Positions 40,856 to 48,841 of a DNA stretch of 64,000 nucleotides are shown one piece after another. The position numbers and the translations under genes are program-made. The stretch is from Alkalispirochaeta sp. (GTDB lineage Bacteria > Spirochaetota > Spirochaetia > DSM-27196 > Alkalispirochaetaceae). The stretch lies in NCBI GenBank assembly GCA_965242725.1, contig CBDESZ010000018.1:1-64000 (forward strand). Reading direction: 5' to 3'. Below the pieces are notes generated by a model. The model saw nothing but the letters and a program-made list of their open reading frames with translations. It was not told the origin of the DNA and did not search any database. How positions within the stretch are numbered: position 1 is the stretch's first letter; each line of letters begins with the position of its first letter.

Positions 40856-41076
40856 CGTTCCCACTGGTCCAGCTCCTCCTCCGGCAGTGGTTCAAAAAAA
40901 GTTTCCGGGATCGTGTCGGGATATCGTCCCGGGCGCCGTTCTTCCGGTTGTTCCAACGGCACCAAGCGAGCCCAGGGGATTCCCGCTTTGGCCACAACGA
41001 TCTCCTCTCCGCTGTGCGCGCGATCGACGAGCCGGGAAAACGCCGTCTTCGCTTCGTGAATGTTTACGATCTTCAT
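40852..41076 (-). CDS. Phd/YefM-family antitoxin
   Basis: VNIHEAKTAFSRLV..GEEIVVAKAG.P.ARLVP. Confidence 0.92.
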   Translation of the reverse strand: MKIVNIHEAKTAFSRLVDRAHSGEEIVVAKAGIPWARLVPLEQPEERRPGRYPDTIPETFFEPLPEEELDQWER

Positions 41077-41082
41077 AGTATG

Positions 41083-41111
41083 AAATTAGTCCGAGCGGAT
41101 GACTAAGTCAA
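41083..41111 (-). promoter_or_regulatory. Leaderless promoter of the TA operon with operator palindrome
   Basis: TTGACT-17-TAATTT-6-ATG; TTAGTC-N9-GACTAA at 41086-41106 overlaps the promoter. Confidence 0.7.
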
Positions 41112-41192
41112 CCAAGCATGTGCAGCCCCCAGGATTGGAGACGCAATCCCTTTACCCGTACCGTTTGTGTTTGGCACTATTAACCTGCAACT

Positions 41193-41261
41193 CGGTGGAG
41201 AGTCTGCTTCCGATGGGAAGATGGGAATTGCTTTGATGTCGAGATTACTGATTATCATTGA
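41193..41261 (+). pseudogene. higB: 3' remnant of a HigB (RelE-like) toxin
   Basis: RWRVCFRWEDGNCFDVEITDYH* matches the HigB C-terminal W.ICF.W.DG...VEI.DYH pattern; in-frame TAA at 41181-41183 and no start codon. Confidence 0.8.
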
Positions 41262-41282
41262 TTAGTCGTTGGAGGAAGGCAC

Positions 41283-41585
41283 ATGAAAAACGAGTTAATT
41301 GAACTTTCTACACCGGGGGAGGTGTTGAAAGAGGAGTTTCTAGACCCGATGGAAATAACGCCTTATGCGCTTGCCAAGGCTATATTTGTCGATCCTCCCA
41401 GGATTGATGCGATTATCAAGGGGAGGAGAAGAATCACTGCAGATACGGCGATGAGGCTGTCCAGATTTTTCGGAACTACTCCCGGATTCTGGATGAACAT
41501 GCAGAGCCGTTACGATATCGAGTTACTCCAGGAAGAGAAAGAAGAGGAGTACGCGGAAATCACCAGACATCACGTTGCGTCGTGA
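41283..41585 (+). CDS. higA: HigA-family antitoxin (XRE HTH)
   Basis: PGEVLKEEFLDPM.IT.YALAK, GRRRITADTAMRL.RFFGTTP.FWMNMQ; SD GGAGG. Confidence 0.93.
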   Translation: MKNELIELSTPGEVLKEEFLDPMEITPYALAKAIFVDPPRIDAIIKGRRRITADTAMRLSRFFGTTPGFWMNMQSRYDIELLQEEKEEEYAEITRHHVAS

Positions 41586-41610
41586 CCGCGGAGTATTGCG
41601 ATCATTTCAA

Positions 41611-41745
41611 TATAGAGCGGGCAGGACTCGCCCTCTGGTCGGCCACATCGTGTGGCCTCCCGCCGGGCCGCCTTCGGGGCTCTCGGCACATCCTGTGCCT
41701 CGGCGCTCCAGGTATTCGCGCACGCCCCTGCGTTTCGAGTCCTGC
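41611..41745. repeat. Palindromic element downstream of the tRNA, carrying copies of the tRNA 3' arm
   Basis: GCAGGACTCG (41621-41630) pairs with CGAGTCCTGC (41736-41745); internal hairpins GGCCACATCGTGTGGCC and GGCACATCCTGTGCC. Confidence 0.6.
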
Positions 41746-41757
41746 TTCCACTTCCAT

Positions 41758-41797
41758 AAAAAAAAGACCGTAGCCCAAAAGGACTACGGTCTTTTTT
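41758..41797. terminator. Bidirectional rho-independent terminator
   Basis: A-run-GACCGTAG..CTACGGTC-T-run directly 3' of the tRNA. Confidence 0.88.
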
Positions 41798-41798
41798 A

Positions 41799-41871
41799 TA
41801 GCAGGGGCAGGACTCGAACCTGCGACCTCCGGGTTATGAGCCCGACGAGCTGCCAACTGCTCTACCCTGCG
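41799..41871 (-). tRNA. Initiator tRNA-fMet (CAT)
   Basis: Cloverleaf CGCAGGGTAGAGCAGTTGGCAGCTCGTCGGGCTCATAACCCGGAGGTCGCAGGTTCGAGTCCTGCCCCTGCTA; unpaired C1, three G-C pairs in the anticodon stem; CCA not encoded. Confidence 0.96.
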
Positions 41872-41887
41872 TCGTATGTAGGGGAAA

Positions 41888-42478
41888 TTACCAAATAACG
41901 CGGATTGAGTCAAGGGCGGTGAGGGCGAGATTGTAGGCGCTGTGCACGATTACGGCGAGGGTGAGGCGGGGGATGATGTTGGGATGGGAGCGGCCGCCGA
42001 AGGCGGCCGCGGCCTTTCCGGGATGGATGCGGGGAAGGGTGTAATAGACCGTTGTTGCAGTATGGAGGAGGCCCGCGGTGATGACCCGGACGATGAATGC
42101 CGCGGGAGAGAGGAAGAGGTAGAGCAGGTGTTCCGCCCCGGCAAATCCCCAGCCCCGCAGTGCGGCAGAGGCGATGAGGGTGGGCCGGTTTCTGCGGCTT
42201 TCAGTGGTGCTTCGGCGCAGCGTTGCGGTTGCGGTCGCTTTGGTTATCTCTTCGGCTATGACGACGGTGACGAGCCATGATATGCGCTGGAGGCTGTCGG
42301 TGGGTCTGATGGAGAAGATGCGGCGGGTCAGAAGGAGCAGTGCAAGAAGAACGGCGGCGGCGAGAAATCCCGCGGCCAGGTTGCGCAGGCGGCCGTCTCC
42401 CGGACGTGGAACGATGACGACGAAAACGGCGGTCGTAAGTGCGAGAATGGCGATGTTGACGGCGCCGTTACCCGCCAC
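41888..42478 (-). CDS. PrsW-like glutamic intramembrane protease
   Basis: EEITK, GFAGAE, LLHTA and VIVHSAYN motifs in a hydrophobic protein; GTG start with AGGAG SD. Confidence 0.65.
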   Translation of the reverse strand: MAGNGAVNIAILALTTAVFVVIVPRPGDGRLRNLAAGFLAAAVLLALLLLTRRIFSIRPTDSLQRISWLVTVVIAEEITKATATATLRRSTTESRRNRPTLIASAALRGWGFAGAEHLLYLFLSPAAFIVRVITAGLLHTATTVYYTLPRIHPGKAAAAFGGRSHPNIIPRLTLAVIVHSAYNLALTALDSIRVIW

Positions 42479-43550
42479 GGCGACTCCTGTCGGCCATGGC
42501 GTGCAGTCCCTTTTCAAGGACATCAATCTGATCGTCCGTACCGACGGTGATGCGTATGTGGCGGGGGAGGCCGAAGCTGTTGAGGGGACGGACGGTGGTT
42601 CCCTCCGCGGCGATGATCTCAGCCGCTTCTCTGGCGTCCATGCCGGCATCGATGCACATGAAGTTTGCTTCCGTCTGGAGATACGGGATTTCAAGGCCGG
42701 TTAGAATACGGTCCAGTCGTGCCTTGCCGGCGTTGTTGACCTCTCTCGACCGTTGAACGAAGGCGCGGTCGTCGAGGGCGGCGATGGCCGCGGCCTTGGC
42801 GAGGCCGTTGATGTTGAAGGGGAGGCGGACGCGCTCTATTTCCGCGATCCGTTCCGGCGAGGCGAGACCGTACCCGACACGTGCGGCGGCGAGTCCGTAG
42901 ATCTTGGAGAAGGTGTAAAGGGCGATCAGGTTTGGGTAGTTTCCTATGAGCGAGGCAGCGTCGGCCACCTCAGGCGAGGTGGCGTAGTCCTGGTAGGCGT
43001 GATCTATGACGACCAGCGTCTCCCGGTCGATGCCCTCCAGAAGTTCCTCGAGCTCTGCCTGAGTCCAGGCGAGCCCCGTCGGATTGTTGGGTGTGCAGAT
43101 GAAGACCGCCTTGACCGGCGAGGCGGATTGAGCCGCGCTCTCGAGGATGGCGCGGGGTGTAAGCGTCAGCTTCGGCATGGAAATAAATTGAATTGACGCA
43201 TCAAAGAGGCGCGCGGAGAAGGCGTACTGGGAGAAGGTGTGTGCGCCGATGAGGACGCGATCCCCCGGGTCAAGATACGTGCCGGCGATCATCGTGAGGA
43301 CTTCGTCGGAGCCGTTACCGGGAATGACCATATCCGGTGAGACGCCCCGGGAACGGGCGATGGCGGCGCGGAGGTCCGCGACGGAGCCGTCGGGATAGAT
43401 GTGCATGTCGTCGATCGCCGCGCGGATTGCGTCCTGTGCCCTGGGGCTTGGACCGAGGGGATTTTCATTGGATGCGAGCTTGATGACGCCGGGGCGTCGT
43501 TCTCCGGCGACGTAGGGCGGCATGTTCTTGAGGGTCTCACGGGTTTGCAT
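42468..43550 (-). CDS. hisC: Histidinol-phosphate aminotransferase
   Basis: KLASNENPLGPSP, GNGSDE, PNNPTG, DHAY, TFSKIYGLAAARVGY, RITVG. Confidence 0.95.
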   Translation of the reverse strand: MQTRETLKNMPPYVAGERRPGVIKLASNENPLGPSPRAQDAIRAAIDDMHIYPDGSVADLRAAIARSRGVSPDMVIPGNGSDEVLTMIAGTYLDPGDRVLIGAHTFSQYAFSARLFDASIQFISMPKLTLTPRAILESAAQSASPVKAVFICTPNNPTGLAWTQAELEELLEGIDRETLVVIDHAYQDYATSPEVADAASLIGNYPNLIALYTFSKIYGLAAARVGYGLASPERIAEIERVRLPFNINGLAKAAAIAALDDRAFVQRSREVNNAGKARLDRILTGLEIPYLQTEANFMCIDAGMDAREAAEIIAAEGTTVRPLNSFGLPRHIRITVGTDDQIDVLEKGLHAMADRSRRGG

Positions 43551-43602
43551 GGACCTATAGTATGGAAGTGACAGAGTGAGGACAAGCGTCTACACTTAGG
43601 CC

Positions 43603-44331
43603 ATGTTTGTCATGACCGAAATTTTTGGATACGCCGCGTCCTTTTTCGTGGCGATTTCCCTTTTGATGAGTTCCTTTTTATGGCTGCGGGTGCTCAATCT
43701 CATCGGGGCCGTCTCCTTTGTCGTCTACGGGAGCCTTCTGGGGACGATTCCCGTGGTGATCACCAACGCCTTTATCGTCTGCATCAACATTTACTACCTG
43801 GTGCAGATGTTCAGGCCTGATTTGAATGGTGTGAGCTATGTCCCCATCGATCGGGCGCGACGGCAGCAGCTTGACGATTTTATCGCCTTTTATCTCGATG
43901 ACATTCTGAAGTTTTTTCCCGACTTTTCGACCCGACGTATCGACGAGTGTTTTTCTTCAGGCGGCCGCGCCTATCTGGCGCTGAAGGATCTGCGGGTTGT
44001 GGGTTTTGCCCTGGTTCATCCCGTTCCCCGTCCCGACGAGGGGGAGCAGGCGGCGCTGGCCGAGGTGTACCGGCACATCGGGGACGAGCTCTTCCCGGAC
44101 CGGTCGGCGGTTGTCTCGGTGGACTACATCATCAGGAAGTACCGCGGGCTGGGTCTGGCCCACCGCCTTTACGATACGATCGAAAAGGAGGAGGGCGAGG
44201 GAGTTTCTTTCCTGCTCGCACCGGTTGAAAAGAAGGCGAAGCAGCACCGGCGCTTTCTCGTCCGCCACGGCTTTTCCCTTCAGCGGGAGTTTACCGGGTA
44301 CGATCTGTACGGGAAGGGGATCGGGACGTAG
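43603..44331 (+). CDS. Membrane protein (YgjV-like 3-TM N-terminus) fused to a GNAT-like domain
   Basis: GYAASFFVAISLLM..LRVLNLIGA; DYIIRKYRGLGLA acetyl-CoA motif. Confidence 0.75.
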   Translation: MFVMTEIFGYAASFFVAISLLMSSFLWLRVLNLIGAVSFVVYGSLLGTIPVVITNAFIVCINIYYLVQMFRPDLNGVSYVPIDRARRQQLDDFIAFYLDDILKFFPDFSTRRIDECFSSGGRAYLALKDLRVVGFALVHPVPRPDEGEQAALAEVYRHIGDELFPDRSAVVSVDYIIRKYRGLGLAHRLYDTIEKEEGEGVSFLLAPVEKKAKQHRRFLVRHGFSLQREFTGYDLYGKGIGT

Positions 44332-44379
44332 GGCGCCGCAGCGGGCGGGACCTCGGAGCGCGAGGCGCCGCCGCTGTAC

Positions 44380-44634
44380 CTACTTCTCCTCTTCAGCCGG
44401 GTTTTGCTCTTTCGCCGGTTTGGATGAGGGCAGTTCCGGGGGATTTTCCTTTAAATATTGATGGTCTTCGCTCAAGTCCTCAATGAGGTCTTTTACCTTC
44501 ATTTTCAGGGAATTTTCAGTCGTTTTTGCAAAGATCGTATCTTTTGATTTGTCCAGCGTCTTTTTGACCGCCCGCATGACCAGATCGATTTCCGCATTAT
44601 CCATGCCGTGCATGATGATTACTCTGTTGTCCAT
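44380..44634 (-). CDS. DUF3783-like small protein
   Basis: VIIMHG..MRAVK..IFAKTTENSL..VKDLIEDL.EDH; TTGCCC-17-TATGTT-7-ATG. Confidence 0.7.
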   Translation of the reverse strand: MDNRVIIMHGMDNAEIDLVMRAVKKTLDKSKDTIFAKTTENSLKMKVKDLIEDLSEDHQYLKENPPELPSSKPAKEQNPAEEEK

Positions 44635-44720
44635 GGGAGTGAACATACTATCCCGCCTGCGGAGGGGCAAGGCGGTCGGCAGGTCTATACGTGCTTCTCG
44701 CGCGGCGGAAGGATCGGCAG

Positions 44721-44762
44721 TTGACCGCGCAGGTGGAAGTGAATATAATTAGCCTAACCTAA
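44721..44762 (+). promoter_or_regulatory. feoB promoter with a DtxR/IdeR-type box
   Basis: TTGACC-17-TATAAT; the 19-mer TATAATTAGCCTAACCTAA (44744-44762) resembles the DtxR consensus TTAGGTTAGCCTAACCTAA. Confidence 0.85.
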
Positions 44763-44780
44763 CATGTTTTGGATAAAGCG

Positions 44781-47063
44781 ATGATTCACACCACCACGAC
44801 GTATCGCGAAATCTGCCTCGCCGGAAACCCCAACTCGGGCAAGACGACGCTCTTCAACAGTCTCACCGGCGCCCATCAACGGGTTGGTAACTGGCCGGGG
44901 GTCACCGTTGAGGTGGTGGAGGGCGTCTTTCGCCAGGGCGACGTGGAGACCACCGTCGTCGATCTGCCGGGAATCTACTCCCTCAAGGCGTCAAGCGAAG
45001 ACGAGCGGGTTGCCCGTGATTATCTCCTCTCCCGCCGGGAGAGCCTTGTGGTCAACATACTCGATGCCACCAATCTGGAGCGAAATCTTTACCTGACGGC
45101 CCAGCTGCTGGAGCTTGGTGTGCCGATCGTCGTCGTGATCACTATGAAGGATCTCGCGGAGAGAAGCGGCATCGATATCGATGAATCCCATCTTGCCCAT
45201 CACCTTGGCGTACCCGTCTTTTGCATCGACGCTACCGACGATGGTGACGTCAAACGGGTCCGCCGTGCCATTGCCCAGGCGGAAGAGAAGCTGCCTCCCC
45301 GCATCACCCGCATCAATTATCCCGGCGAGGTGGAGGAAGTCGTCGAGGCGTGGGAAGAACCGCTGTCCGTCCTTGCCGGGGAGATCTCCGTTTCGTCCCG
45401 GTGGCTTACCTTGAAGATGCTGGAAGGTGACGTTGACCTCGCGCGACGGGTGGATGCAAACGGCCTGCTCTCCCTCGATGACATCAATGAAACAGTCCGT
45501 CGTCTCGAAGACAACCTCAAGGAGTCCATGGATATTGTCATAGCCGATGCACGCTTCGGCTTTGTCCATGGAGTGACCCGGGACGTGGTAAAACGTCGTG
45601 CAAACCGGGAAAGCGTTACGGAACGGGTCGACAGGGTGGTTCTCCACCCCGTCCTGGGTATTCCAATTTTCATGGCGGTCATGTACTCCGTCTTCTGGGT
45701 GACCATTGCCCTTGGCGGCGCGGCGATTGATTTCTTTGATATTCTCGGCGGTCTCTTTTTTGTGGAGGGACCGCGGGCGCTGTTACAGTCGGTGCATGCA
45801 CCGTCGTGGGTGGTTCTCGTTCTGGCCGACGGGATCGGTGTCGGTCTTCAGACTGTTGCGACCTTTGTTCCGATCATTTTCGCGATGTTCTTCATGCTCT
45901 CCATTCTGGAAAACAGCGGTTATATGTCCCGGGCCGCCTTTGTCATGGACCGGGTCATGCGGTGGATCGGTTTGCCGGGAAAGTCCTTTGTTCCTCTTCT
46001 TGTCGGTTTCGGTTGTACCGTACCCGCGATCATCAGCACCCGTACCCTTGAGTCCAGGAAGGACCGGCTCATGACTGTCTTCATCGCGCCGCTCATGTCC
46101 TGCGGCGCCCGCCTGCCCGTATATGCCCTCTTTGCGGCGGCCTTTTTTCCCGCCGCGGCGGGGCTTGTCGTTTTTTCTCTCTATCTTGCCGGTATCGTCA
46201 TGGCGGTCCTAACGGGGCTTCTTCTGAAACACACACTCTTTCCCGGGGAGGCGAGCCATCTCGTTCTCGAGCTGCCGCCGTACCATCGTCCAAAGATTCG
46301 CAATACCATGATTTTCACCTGGACGCGGATGCGCGGTTTTATAAGGAACGCCGGCGTGACCATTGCCGTGGCCGTTGCGATTCTGGGTATTCTGAACTCG
46401 GTTCCCTGGCCGGGTTCGGGTTCCAGTTCCGGTTCCGGCGGCGGAGACACGATTCTCGCGCGGACCGGCAAGATCGCGACGCCGATGTTTGCCTCGATAG
46501 GCATTGAGGAAGACAACTGGCCGGCGACGGTGGGGCTCTTTACCGGTCTCTTTGCAAAAGAGGCGATTGTCGGGACTCTCAACTCCCTCTACAGCCAGGT
46601 CGACTCGGACGGTACGGAGGTTTCCGCCGTCTCCGGTGAAGAAGGACCGGTGTCGTCGCCTCTCACGCGGTGGATACGATCAATTCCGGGAGAGCTGTCC
46701 GCCGCAGGCGCTTCTCTGTGGGCAGGGCTGAAGAGCCCCGGTTTTGGTCTCAGCAGTGAACACGGCGGGACGGTCGGCGACATTCATCGTCTGCGGTCGT
46801 ACTTTTCGCCCCTTTCGGCATACGCATATCTACTCTTTGTTCTGCTTTATTTACCATGTCTCGCCGCCTTTGGCGCTGCCGTACGGGAACTGGGTCCTCG
46901 CCTCGGGTGGATCCTCGGCCTCTACCTCATCGGTGTGGCGTGGTCCGTAGCGACGCTGTTTTTTCAGATTGCCGCCGGCGGGAGTGGAGGATATATCCTT
47001 GCAGCCCTTGCGGTCATGGCCGCCATTGTGATGTTGTTTCGTCTGCTCGGGAGGCACGCATGA
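44781..47063 (+). CDS. feoB: Ferrous iron transporter FeoB
   Basis: GNPNSGKT, VGNWPGVTVE, DLPG.YSL, SGYMSRAAF, GFGCTVPA, MSCGARLP, ELPPY, AKE.IVG, LYLPC. Confidence 0.97.
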   Translation: MIHTTTTYREICLAGNPNSGKTTLFNSLTGAHQRVGNWPGVTVEVVEGVFRQGDVETTVVDLPGIYSLKASSEDERVARDYLLSRRESLVVNILDATNLERNLYLTAQLLELGVPIVVVITMKDLAERSGIDIDESHLAHHLGVPVFCIDATDDGDVKRVRRAIAQAEEKLPPRITRINYPGEVEEVVEAWEEPLSVLAGEISVSSRWLTLKMLEGDVDLARRVDANGLLSLDDINETVRRLEDNLKESMDIVIADARFGFVHGVTRDVVKRRANRESVTERVDRVVLHPVLGIPIFMAVMYSVFWVTIALGGAAIDFFDILGGLFFVEGPRALLQSVHAPSWVVLVLADGIGVGLQTVATFVPIIFAMFFMLSILENSGYMSRAAFVMDRVMRWIGLPGKSFVPLLVGFGCTVPAIISTRTLESRKDRLMTVFIAPLMSCGARLPVYALFAAAFFPAAAGLVVFSLYLAGIVMAVLTGLLLKHTLFPGEASHLVLELPPYHRPKIRNTMIFTWTRMRGFIRNAGVTIAVAVAILGILNSVPWPGSGSSSGSGGGDTILARTGKIATPMFASIGIEEDNWPATVGLFTGLFAKEAIVGTLNSLYSQVDSDGTEVSAVSGEEGPVSSPLTRWIRSIPGELSAAGASLWAGLKSPGFGLSSEHGGTVGDIHRLRSYFSPLSAYAYLLFVLLYLPCLAAFGAAVRELGPRLGWILGLYLIGVAWSVATLFFQIAAGGSGGYILAALAVMAAIVMLFRLLGRHA

Positions 47064-47335
47064 TACTGCGCGAAGTAAAGGGAATCCTGGCGGCACATCG
47101 ACGTATGACCCTCTCCCAGTTGATCGCTGAAACGGGAGAGGACAAGGCGTCCATCATGGCGGCTCTTGAGTATTTTGTACGCCGCGGTGATGTCTATCGG
47201 GAACTGGAACGCACCTCCGGAGTCACCTGCGGAACGATGTGTAAAAATTGTCCCATTTCCACCGCCTGCGTCCTCGGGAAGGGCGCGATGTCAGGAATGG
47301 AAATATTTGTCTGGAAAGAAGGAGTAACGGTATGA
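47060..47335 (+). CDS. feoC: FeoC-like winged-helix protein with Cys cluster
   Basis: MILREVK..RMTLSQL; C-x3-C-x2-C-x5-C; ATGA overlap with feoB. Confidence 0.8.
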   Translation: MILREVKGILAAHRRMTLSQLIAETGEDKASIMAALEYFVRRGDVYRELERTSGVTCGTMCKNCPISTACVLGKGAMSGMEIFVWKEGVTV

Positions 47336-47874
47336 CGGAACAGTTGTCTGACAGCCTATCCCGGTACGTGATGGCCATCTATGAGTTGTCTCTCGAAAAC
47401 AAAGTGGCCCGGTCGAAGGATATTGCAGGTCTGGTGGGCGTCAGCCGCCCATCCGTAACCGGGGCGCTCCAGAAACTCGCCCAAATGGGGCTGATTCAAT
47501 ACGAGCCGTACGGATACGTAGTCCTCACTTCTGAAGGCGAGGGTCAGGCGCGGCAGCTCCTCCTGAAGCACCGGGCGACACAGGACTTCCTTGAAGTTGC
47601 CCTGGGACTGCCGGCGGAACGGGCAAAAACGGTCTCAGCCTTTATTGAACAAAGTCTCCCCGCCGACGTGCTCTGCAGGCTCGTTCAGTTCAACAATTTT
47701 TACAAAACCAATCCGGATAAACGCTTTCAGTGGTCGCCGACGTGTCGAAATCTCTGTGAAATCATGTACGGCATGCACGGTCCTCAGGATTGTCACGCCG
47801 ATGGAGACGGGAGTGAAGGCGACGAGGTCCATCACGTCACCGCGATGCGGCCGGAACTGAAAGAAGTTTTCTGA
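47332..47874 (+). CDS. DtxR/MntR-family metal-dependent regulator
   Basis: Y.MAIYEL, ARSKDIA..VGVSRPSVT.AL.KL, Y..YG.V.LT.EG, KHR..FL; Cys/His-rich tail. Confidence 0.9.
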   Translation: MTEQLSDSLSRYVMAIYELSLENKVARSKDIAGLVGVSRPSVTGALQKLAQMGLIQYEPYGYVVLTSEGEGQARQLLLKHRATQDFLEVALGLPAERAKTVSAFIEQSLPADVLCRLVQFNNFYKTNPDKRFQWSPTCRNLCEIMYGMHGPQDCHADGDGSEGDEVHHVTAMRPELKEVF

Positions 47875-48841
47875 CCGCCTTCTCCACACGTCGCTCCCAC
47901 ACAACGAGGACGGCAAGGAGAAATCGCGGGATGATGAGCCATCCCGGAGGCAGTCCGATCGCCATATAGAGGAATGTGTCCTCAAGGAGGGAATGGGAAA
48001 CGCCGAGGTGATGGTTGAGTAGATCTCCATCCTCTTTTGACAGGCGTCCGCTTTCCGCCTCTTCCTTCAGCACCGCCGCGCCGAACGTCAGGCCGAGGGT
48101 ATTTGCGACGACCCAGGCGGGACTGCTCTCATGGGAGAGGCCGAGAACGTTCATGAACCATCCAAGCCGCCGGGCGATGGCGTCGGTAACACCGATATAG
48201 CGCAGCCAGCGGGCAAAAAAGAGAAGTATCGTCACGATTACCGCAATCCGGATGACCAGCCCCGTCGTATCCCACGCCCATTGGCCGATAGCGGACAGAA
48301 ACGACTCCCCTCCCGCAGCTCCGTTGAGCGCGGCCGCCTGCGACGCGGTACCGGAGGCGCCCAGCGTGAACGGCGCGCCCCATTTTCCTCCGGTGGGGAG
48401 CAGGACGGAAAGGATCTTCCCCACCAGCAGAGCGCCCAGTAACCGTACTGCAAGCATGCGTGAGACGGGTGTGCCCGTCCGTCTGGTGATCGCCGGTTCT
48501 ATGATGAGACTGTGGGCGATCAGGGTCATGACCGCCAGGATCGTCGCCTGTCTGAGGGTGAGGCTGAGTATGGGCAGCATCGCGATAACGCCGTAGAGGT
48601 TGATAAAAATGGCCGACAGAATTGCCAGCGCCGCCTCACCCGGCAACTGGAGAAAGCGCATGATCCGCTCCAGATAGCCCGCGATCGTGTGCAGAAAACC
48701 TGTATATTCAAGGATAAAGACGACGGCTGAGGCCGGTACCATGATCTTTGCAAGCCACAGTGATGTGTCGATGCTGCTTTTCAGACTTCCTCTGAGATGT
48801 CGGGTCAGTGGTTCACGGGCGGTCACGACGGCGTCCTCCAT
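47837..48841 (-). CDS. Nucleoside-recognition (Gate) domain membrane protein
   Basis: Two repeats with LPGEAA..NLYG..AHSLIIE and GLTFGAA..SHSLLED. Confidence 0.8.
   Translation of the reverse strand: MEDAVVTAREPLTRHLRGSLKSSIDTSLWLAKIMVPASAVVFILEYTGFLHTIAGYLERIMRFLQLPGEAALAILSAIFINLYGVIAMLPILSLTLRQATILAVMTLIAHSLIIEPAITRRTGTPVSRMLAVRLLGALLVGKILSVLLPTGGKWGAPFTLGASGTASQAAALNGAAGGESFLSAIGQWAWDTTGLVIRIAVIVTILLFFARWLRYIGVTDAIARRLGWFMNVLGLSHESSPAWVVANTLGLTFGAAVLKEEAESGRLSKEDGDLLNHHLGVSHSLLEDTFLYMAIGLPPGWLIIPRFLLAVLVVWERRVEKAVRKLLSVPAASR

Noticed and set aside
41171..41190. TGGCAC suggesting a sigma-54 promoter for higA
   Set aside because: GG-to-GC spacing is 12 rather than the required 10
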